A DNA stretch of 64,000 bases from Octopus vulgaris (lineage: Eukaryota), in NCBI GenBank assembly GCA_951406725.2, contig OX597831.1:76508001-76572000 (forward strand), given 5' to 3'. The notes below the pieces were generated by a model, which worked only from the letters and a program-made list of their open reading frames with translations, did not search any database and was not told the DNA's origin. Positions 54,776-64,000 of the stretch are shown one piece after another (the first letter of the stretch is position 1; each line of letters opens with the position of its first letter). The translations under genes and the position numbers were made by a program.

Positions 54776-55566
54776 GCTGTTATTAGAAATTCTTCAGGCA
54801 AAGAATCAAATAATAAACCCGTGTAAACTGCGTCAGCTGACTTTCTTCCGACATCATTTTCCAGCTGGAAGAGTGCAGAGAATGCTTGGCAAAATCCCAG
54901 ATGCTAAACTTCTAATCTCGGTCTGTGTCTGAGCCAGAAGGAAAGTCGGATCACTTTTCTGCAGCGTCACTGCTCATTGACTCATGCGATTTTTAATGCA
55001 TCCAATCAGCTGCCAGTTGCAAAAGACAGCTCGGTACGCAAGAATGCTGTTGGCAGCAAAGACCATCAAGTCCTGTGATTTGCCTATTGCACAATCATTC
55101 AACACGTCCTAAATTTCATTTGCTAAATCGAGTTTACCTCGACTCTAGTTTGATAATTCAACCGAGAGTCATACTGCAAACTGTCAAATTAGGTATCAAA
55201 CGTCTAACATCTCCAATCCGCCGCTCCTTGCGAAAAGTCCAACAAATTGCCCCTCAAAATATGCATACGTCTTCTTGAAATCTAATAGCAAACGCCTACT
55301 GCTGTATGTTAAAGATCAGAAGTGAGGCTATGTTACCATACTGTATTTCTGCTCTCCGGGGCCCATCGAATGATTGTCGTGTCCTCTTGTTTAGAGCGTT
55401 CACACGAGCATTAAAAGAACACCCTTCGTACATCGTACAGTAAAAGAACACCCTTCGTACATCGTACCGAGAAACCAGTCAATTACCATTCCCGATCCAA
55501 GTCCGTTGTAAGTGATACTGTCCCTGTTAATTTCTCATAACCAGCTAATTAGTTTCTCCCATATAC

Positions 55567-55710
55567 TACGAGGGTGTACTGAAAAGCTCCTGGCTTTAAG
55601 GGTATCACGAAAGGCCTGGTTGGGGGCCCAGCCTCCCGAGTTCCTTTACAGGGCTTAGAAAAATTGAATGATCGCTGCAATAAGCGTGTGAATCTGAGAG
55701 GGGAATATAC
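55567..55710 (+). mobile_element. Short non-autonomous mariner derivative, interrupted by SINE A
   Basis: TACGAGGGTGTACTGAAAAG terminus joined to GLEKLNDRCNKRVNLRGEY (transposase C-terminus). Confidence 0.65.
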
Positions 55711-55942
55711 TCTTTTATACTCTTTTACTCTTTTACTTGTTTCAGTCATTTGACTGCGGCCATGCTGGAGCACAGCCTTTAGTCGAGCAAATCGACCCCG
55801 GGACTTATTCTTTGTAAGCCCAGTACTTATTCTATCGGTCTCTTTCGCCGAACCGCTAAGTAACGGGGACGTAAACACACCAGCATCGGTTGTCAAGCAA
55901 TGCTAGGGGGACAAACACAGACACACAAACACACTCACATAC

Positions 55943-55991
<49 letters not shown>

Positions 55992-56157
55992 TACGACGGG
56001 CTTCTTTCAGTTTCCGTCTACCAAATCCACTCACAAGGTATTGGTCGGCCCGGGGCTATAGCAGAAGACACTTGCCCAAGATGCCACGCAGTGGGACTGA
56101 ACCCGGGACCATGTGGTTGGTTAGCAAGCTACTTACCACACAGCCACTCCTGCGCCT
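55710..56157 (-). mobile_element. SINE family A, full length
   Basis: Family A homology. Confidence 0.9.
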
Positions 56158-56251
56158 GTTGAACAAAATCACAATTAACCGATCCTCTTTTACCCAAAGC
56201 CAGGAACTTTCCAGTACTCCATCGTACTCTTCTTTATTGTTATGTATTTGT

Positions 56252-59359
<3,108 letters not shown>

Positions 59360-59384
59360 GTAAAGTCATAGCAACGGGCAAAGA

Positions 59385-59880
59385 TAGTGAACTGGCCGAA
59401 TCGTTAGCACGTCGGACAAAAATGCTTAGCGGTATTTCGTCAGGGTCTTTACGTTCTGAGTTCAAATCCCGCCAAGGTCGACTTTGCCTTTCATCCTTTC
59501 GGGCTCGATAATTTAGAATCCACGGCGAACTGGCACAATCGTTAGCACGCCGGGCGAACTGCCTAGCGGTATTTCGTCTGCCGTTACGTTCCGAGTTCAA
59601 ATTCCGCCGAGGTCGACTTTACTTTTCATCCTTTCGGGGTCGATTAAATAAGTACCAGTTACGCACTGAGGTCGATATAATCGACTTAATATGTTTGTCT
59701 GTCCTTGTTTGTCCTCTCTGTGTTTAGCCCCTTGTGGGTAGTAAAGAAATAAGTATTTCGTCAAGGTCTTTACGTTCTGAGTTCAAATCCTGTCGAGGTC
59801 AAGTTTGCCTTTTATTCCTTCGGTGACGATAAAATGGAAGTACCAATCATGTATTGATGTCGATGTCATCGACTTGTTTC
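59385..59880 (+). mobile_element. SINE family B cluster
   Basis: Family B homology, three cores. Confidence 0.85.
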
Positions 59881-60078
59881 TTTCCTCAAAAAACTGAGTC
59901 CGGCAACGGACTGGCGTCCCGTTCAGGGAGTAATGTTGTGACCTCGGTCACTTCCAGGCCACGAAGAACGGGTAGCTGACCTTATGTCTGCTTGGGCTCG
60001 AGAAAAAAATAGCAGTAGAGTAGTGGAGGGGGGGGGATGGAGTTAGTAAACTAATTTGGAAAGATGAGCAGAGATGCA

Positions 60079-60223
60079 CGGGGGATCACTCGGCTCGTCC
60101 GTCGATGAAGAGCGCGGCTATCCGCGTGAACTGATGCGAATTGCAGGACTCAGTGAACATCGACACCTCGAACGCACATTGCGGCCCCGAGATCCTATCG
60201 TCCCGGGGCCCCGTCCGGTCGAG
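60079..60223 (+). rRNA. Orphan 5.8S rRNA copy, slightly truncated at both ends (probable pseudogene)
   Basis: GGATCACTCGGCTCGT, GTCGATGAAGA, GAATTGCAGGAC, CATCGACAC, CGAACGCACATTGCGGCCCCG...CGGGGCC follow the metazoan 5.8S consensus; no 18S or 28S nearby. Confidence 0.9.
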
Positions 60224-60231
60224 ATTTTCAG

Positions 60232-60473
60232 GGAGGCGCAATGGCCCAGTGGTTAGGGCAGCGGACTCGCGGTCATAGGATCGCGGTTTCGATTCCCAGA
60301 CCGGGCGTTGTGAGTGTTTATTGAGCGAAAACACCTAAAATGCTCCACGAGGCTCCGACAGGGGATGGTGGTGATCCCTGCTGTACTCTTTCACCACAAC
60401 TTTCTCTCACTAACGGCGGTGCATCAGCATGGCCGCAGCTCTGAGCTGAAACTAGAAAAAAAAAAAAAAAAAA
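60232..60473 (+). mobile_element. SINE family C 5' part joined to a family-A-like tail and A18
   Basis: Family C homology ends at TTTCTCTCA (~60409); then GGCGGTGCATCAGCATGGCCGCAG...CTGAAACTAG and poly(A). Confidence 0.85.
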
Positions 60474-60947
60474 GAGAAGACATCGATTACGATGTGCTCG
60501 GAACGAGAATGATAGCTGACTAATTCCGGGAAGCGAGACACGAAAAATAGGTCTTTCGTACTCGGGCATTCACTCTGAAACAACAGGACACACAATCCTT
60601 TCAACGAGCTCTATTTAGCGACACAGCCACAATTCAGCTCTCTGACAGTCCGCCACAGGCGTTTGCTATCTGAATCGAAGTAGATGAGTCCGAATTTCTA
60701 CGACACTTTGTTAAACCACTTGTAAGGAGTGGCGGTAGAATTTTGTTATCTGACAGGACGGTTTGCCGGAACTCTCGAAAAAAACACACTCAATACATTG
60801 AAAACCCGATTTCAACAGATGAAGCAGTGGACTATTGAGTGGCTGTGCGACGAACAGATCTCTAATACTGGAAGGTGTACACCAATGGTCCTCAACTGAG
60901 GTCCATATAACCCTTGGTAGTCTACAGAAGAATTTGTTGTTAAAATT

Positions 60948-61356
60948 CAGGCGCAGGAGTGGCTGTGTGGTAAGTAGCTTGTTTACCAGCCACATGGTTC
61001 CGGGTTCAGTCCCACTGCGTGGCACCTTGGGCAAGTGTCTTCTACTATTGCCTCGGGCAGACCAAAGCCTTGTGAGTGGATTTGGTAGACGGAAACTGAA
61101 AAGAAGCCTGTCGTATATATGTATATATATATATATGTGTGTGCGTGTGTGTGTTTGTGTGTCTGTGTTTGTCCCAATGACAACCAATGCTGGTGTGTTT
61201 ATGTCCCCGTTACTTAGCGGTTCGGCAAAAGAGACCGATAGAATAAGTACTGGGCTTACAAAAGAATAAGTCCCGGGGTCGAGTTGCTCGATTAAAGGCG
61301 GTGCTCCAGCATGGCCGCAGTCAAATGACTGAAACAAGTAAAAGAGTAAAAGAGTA
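60948..61356 (+). mobile_element. SINE family A, full length
   Basis: Family A homology. Confidence 0.9.
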
Positions 61357-61664
61357 ATAAACTGGCTATATATCTACAATATACAAAATATTTTTAGCAA
61401 TTTTTTATAGAATTTTTGATATTTAACTATTTAAAATATAATAGGATTTTTTCAAACTTCAAATGGAAATGAGGGTCCGTCTCTCTGAGCAAAATAGGAA
61501 CCACAGGGGTCCATAGGTAAAAAAAAAACGTTGAGAGCATCGAGTTTACTCTATGAACTGTATCGCTCACTTATTTGTGATTGTCAAGGTAAGTTTCAAT
61601 GGGATCCGGCCGCGAGCTGGGAGAATTAAAAATTCTAAGCTGAATAATAAAGATGCTATTGAAG

Positions 61665-61898
61665 AAGGCGGCGAGCTGGCAGAATCGTTAGCACGCCGGG
61701 CGAAATGCGTGGCCGTATTTCGTCTGCCGTTACGTTCTGAGTTCAAATTCCGTCTAGGTCGACTTTGCCTTTCATCCTTTCAGGGTCGATTAAATAAGTA
61801 CCAGTTACGCACTGGGGTCGATGTAATCGACTTAATCCGTTTGTCTGTCCTTGTTTGTCCCCTCTGTGTTTAGCCCCTTGTGGGTAGTAAAAGAAATA
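61665..61898 (+). mobile_element. SINE family B monomer with candidate target-site duplication
   Basis: TATTGAAGAAGG occurs at 61657 and again at 61899. Confidence 0.9.
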
Positions 61899-62789
61899 TA
61901 TTGAAGAAGGAATCATTCTACAGTTTTGGGTCAAGCACAAAAACAGATTAGGTGTCTGGCATCTGGAGTATTTCCAGATACTCTTTGTTCTCTACCAATT
62001 GGAAAATGTCGTGGGTGGGAAACCAACCGATGAATGGTATAGAGAGACAGTGGAGGGTATGAGGGGAGATGGCCCCGAATCTGCGCATGACTATGTCGTT
62101 AAGTTTATCTTTTTAATTAGTATGTATAATCCATGCGCAAGAGCGCGCGCGCGCACATACGCTCTCAAACATACACACACACACACACACACACAAACAT
62201 ACATACATACACATGGACTCACACACACGTATACACACACACATCACACACACACACACACACAGACGCACATACAAACAATAATTATGTACGTACTCAT
62301 TCAGAGACCCATAAGAGACAGAGAGAGAAAGAGAGATACTGAGCTGGAGAGAGAGAGAGAGGCAATAAGTTTTGAGGAGAGAGAATGTGTAAGAGTAAGA
62401 TAGAGAGAGAGAAAGAGTAAGGCGATAAAGAGAGAGTGAGAGAGAGCATTATTGGGAGAGAGAGAGAGAGGCACAAGCAGACCGTGTCGAATATGTTAAT
62501 TACCAAGGGGGAGAGCAGGCAGACAGGCAGACAGACAGACAGGCAGGCAGGCACATCGTTGTCAATGGTTACTGCGTTATTTTGTTGTTATCACGTAAAC
62601 TTAGACTGAATGTATTGGGTGAGATGAGATGATCAATTAATATTAGATTACAACAGCAACAGCAACATTAACAACTAAAACGCTATCGCTACCACAACCA
62701 CTAGCAGCACTAACCATGACGACAGCAAGAACAACAACTACACAAGCAGTGATAACTAAGCAGATATATATATATATATATAATAACAA

Positions 62790-63110
62790 AATAATATATA
62801 AACATATGCATATATACATACATATATGTACATACCTACATCTATATGTATATATACATGCATATATGAGTACAGGACACCAAAAAAAACCTAGACCACA
62901 ATGAGAAACGAAAACATAAAAACAAAAACATAGCAACGGACTTTTTTTTTCAAACAACGAAAAAACAGAGTACAAGACATACAACACAAAGAATATTCCC
63001 CTTCTTCAGTTGTCCCTGTTTCGGCTACTCCGCGTTCGAAGGTAAGGACAAGGCGCGACTTCGTTGAAATAGTCCTTCCCGCAAAGCAAATTAAATAAAA
63101 TTTGGGATTT
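62790..63110 (-). mobile_element. Unclassified repeat, homologous to 40800-41140
   Basis: See 40800-41140. Confidence 0.65.
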
Positions 63111-63159
63111 TTTGTGGAGGTGTAGAGAGAGAGAGTCGATATTGCATTTCTGTGGCACA

Positions 63160-63625
63160 TGGCAGAGTTAGGGTTTGGAGAAGAAGGGGTGAACGTCATG
63201 CCGATGGCTGTGTGGGGGAGAGAGACTTATGGGGTGGCCAGAACATCATGGTATGGGGCGGGATTGCACTCAACGAGAAACTTGGACCGGTTGTCTTCAA
63301 AAACATCGGGGCAATGGAGCAACCGCTGCTCGTTACATCGACCAAGTATTGAAACCTCACATTGTGCCGTACTTTGCAAGTCATCAGAAGCCCGTGCCCA
63401 TACTGCCAGGTTGGCAACAGACAACAGCACAACATCCAGACACTGCCATGGCCTGCCCTAAGTCCAGACTTGAACCCCATAGAGCACCTGTGGGACAAAA
63501 TCCAAAGAAGGCTAAATGATATCCAGTCAAGGCTGACAACTGCAGCACAATCCACTGCAAGTTTTAATAGTGTGTGTGCTGCTATCTCTATGGTCTTCAT
63601 CAATTGTTTCGTGCATTCAGATGTC
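63160..63625 (+). mobile_element. Decayed Tc1-family transposase
   Basis: RVWRRRGER, IMVWGGI, ARYIDQVLKPHIVP, ARAHTAR, LPWPALSPDLNPIEHLWD across shifted frames. Confidence 0.9.
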
Positions 63626-64000
63626 CTTTCACGACTGGAGCGAGAAATCTTTAGAGAATGCTCTGGTTTCTAAAATTTATCAAGAAATGGCCACTTTGTC
63701 TTCAATATGTCCATTGAGCGAATCTAATCAAAATGGATTATCAAGAGAAAACAATGGCAGACGACAAGTCGGCTGCCATAAACTCTTCTTGCCGGAAGGA
63801 ACAGATTTGACAAAAGGAGAGAAAAATATAAAGCTGGTCTTCGCCGAAATCGAGGTTGTGTACTTTATATATTGATGTCTCAAAAAAGAGTCGAATTCTT
63901 CGTCTGAAAACTGTAAAATAGTTAATATGAAAGGTAAAAAAATAGATGTCTGGCAGTAATCAAGGCTAACGGTGGTCACACAAGATTTTGAGTTCATCTC

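Noticed and set aside
60232-60307. tRNA gene
   Set aside because: No proper acceptor stem; it continues into the SINE C body seen in two other copies
60711-61337. Recurring peptides such as MRNWYLIYRPRKDERQ and RLPNPLTRLWSARG
   Set aside because: Incidental translations of SINE A and B copies, not a protein family

Overview
Eukaryotic, gene-poor, extremely repeat-rich DNA. The SINE families and microsatellite density point to a coleoid cephalopod, most likely Octopus (inference from family recognition, not a database hit). I find no credible host protein-coding gene; almost all ORFs in the track are microsatellite or SINE translations. Recognisable content: several tRNA-derived SINE families (about 35 copies), decayed mariner and Tc1 transposases, Helitrons (one with a PIF1 helicase fragment), fragments of R4/Dong-like, L1/Tx1-like, RTE-like and Penelope-like retroelements, palindromic MITEs, and a few CpG-rich unique islands that may be cis-regulatory. 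Best leads: (1) hammerhead-ribozyme motifs of the minimal Penelope type, clustered at 50.6-51.0 kb next to a GIY-YIG remnant and dispersed at 9.4, 12.0, 15.0, 19.4 and 40.3 kb; (2) an orphan 5.8S rRNA copy lying 8 bp upstream of a tRNA-SINE that has a swapped 3' tail and poly(A) (60.08-60.47 kb); (3) head-less tandem arrays of a SINE body; (4) a ~3.1 kb inverted duplication enclosing Penelope RT remnants. All folds and alignments were done by eye and boundaries are approximate.
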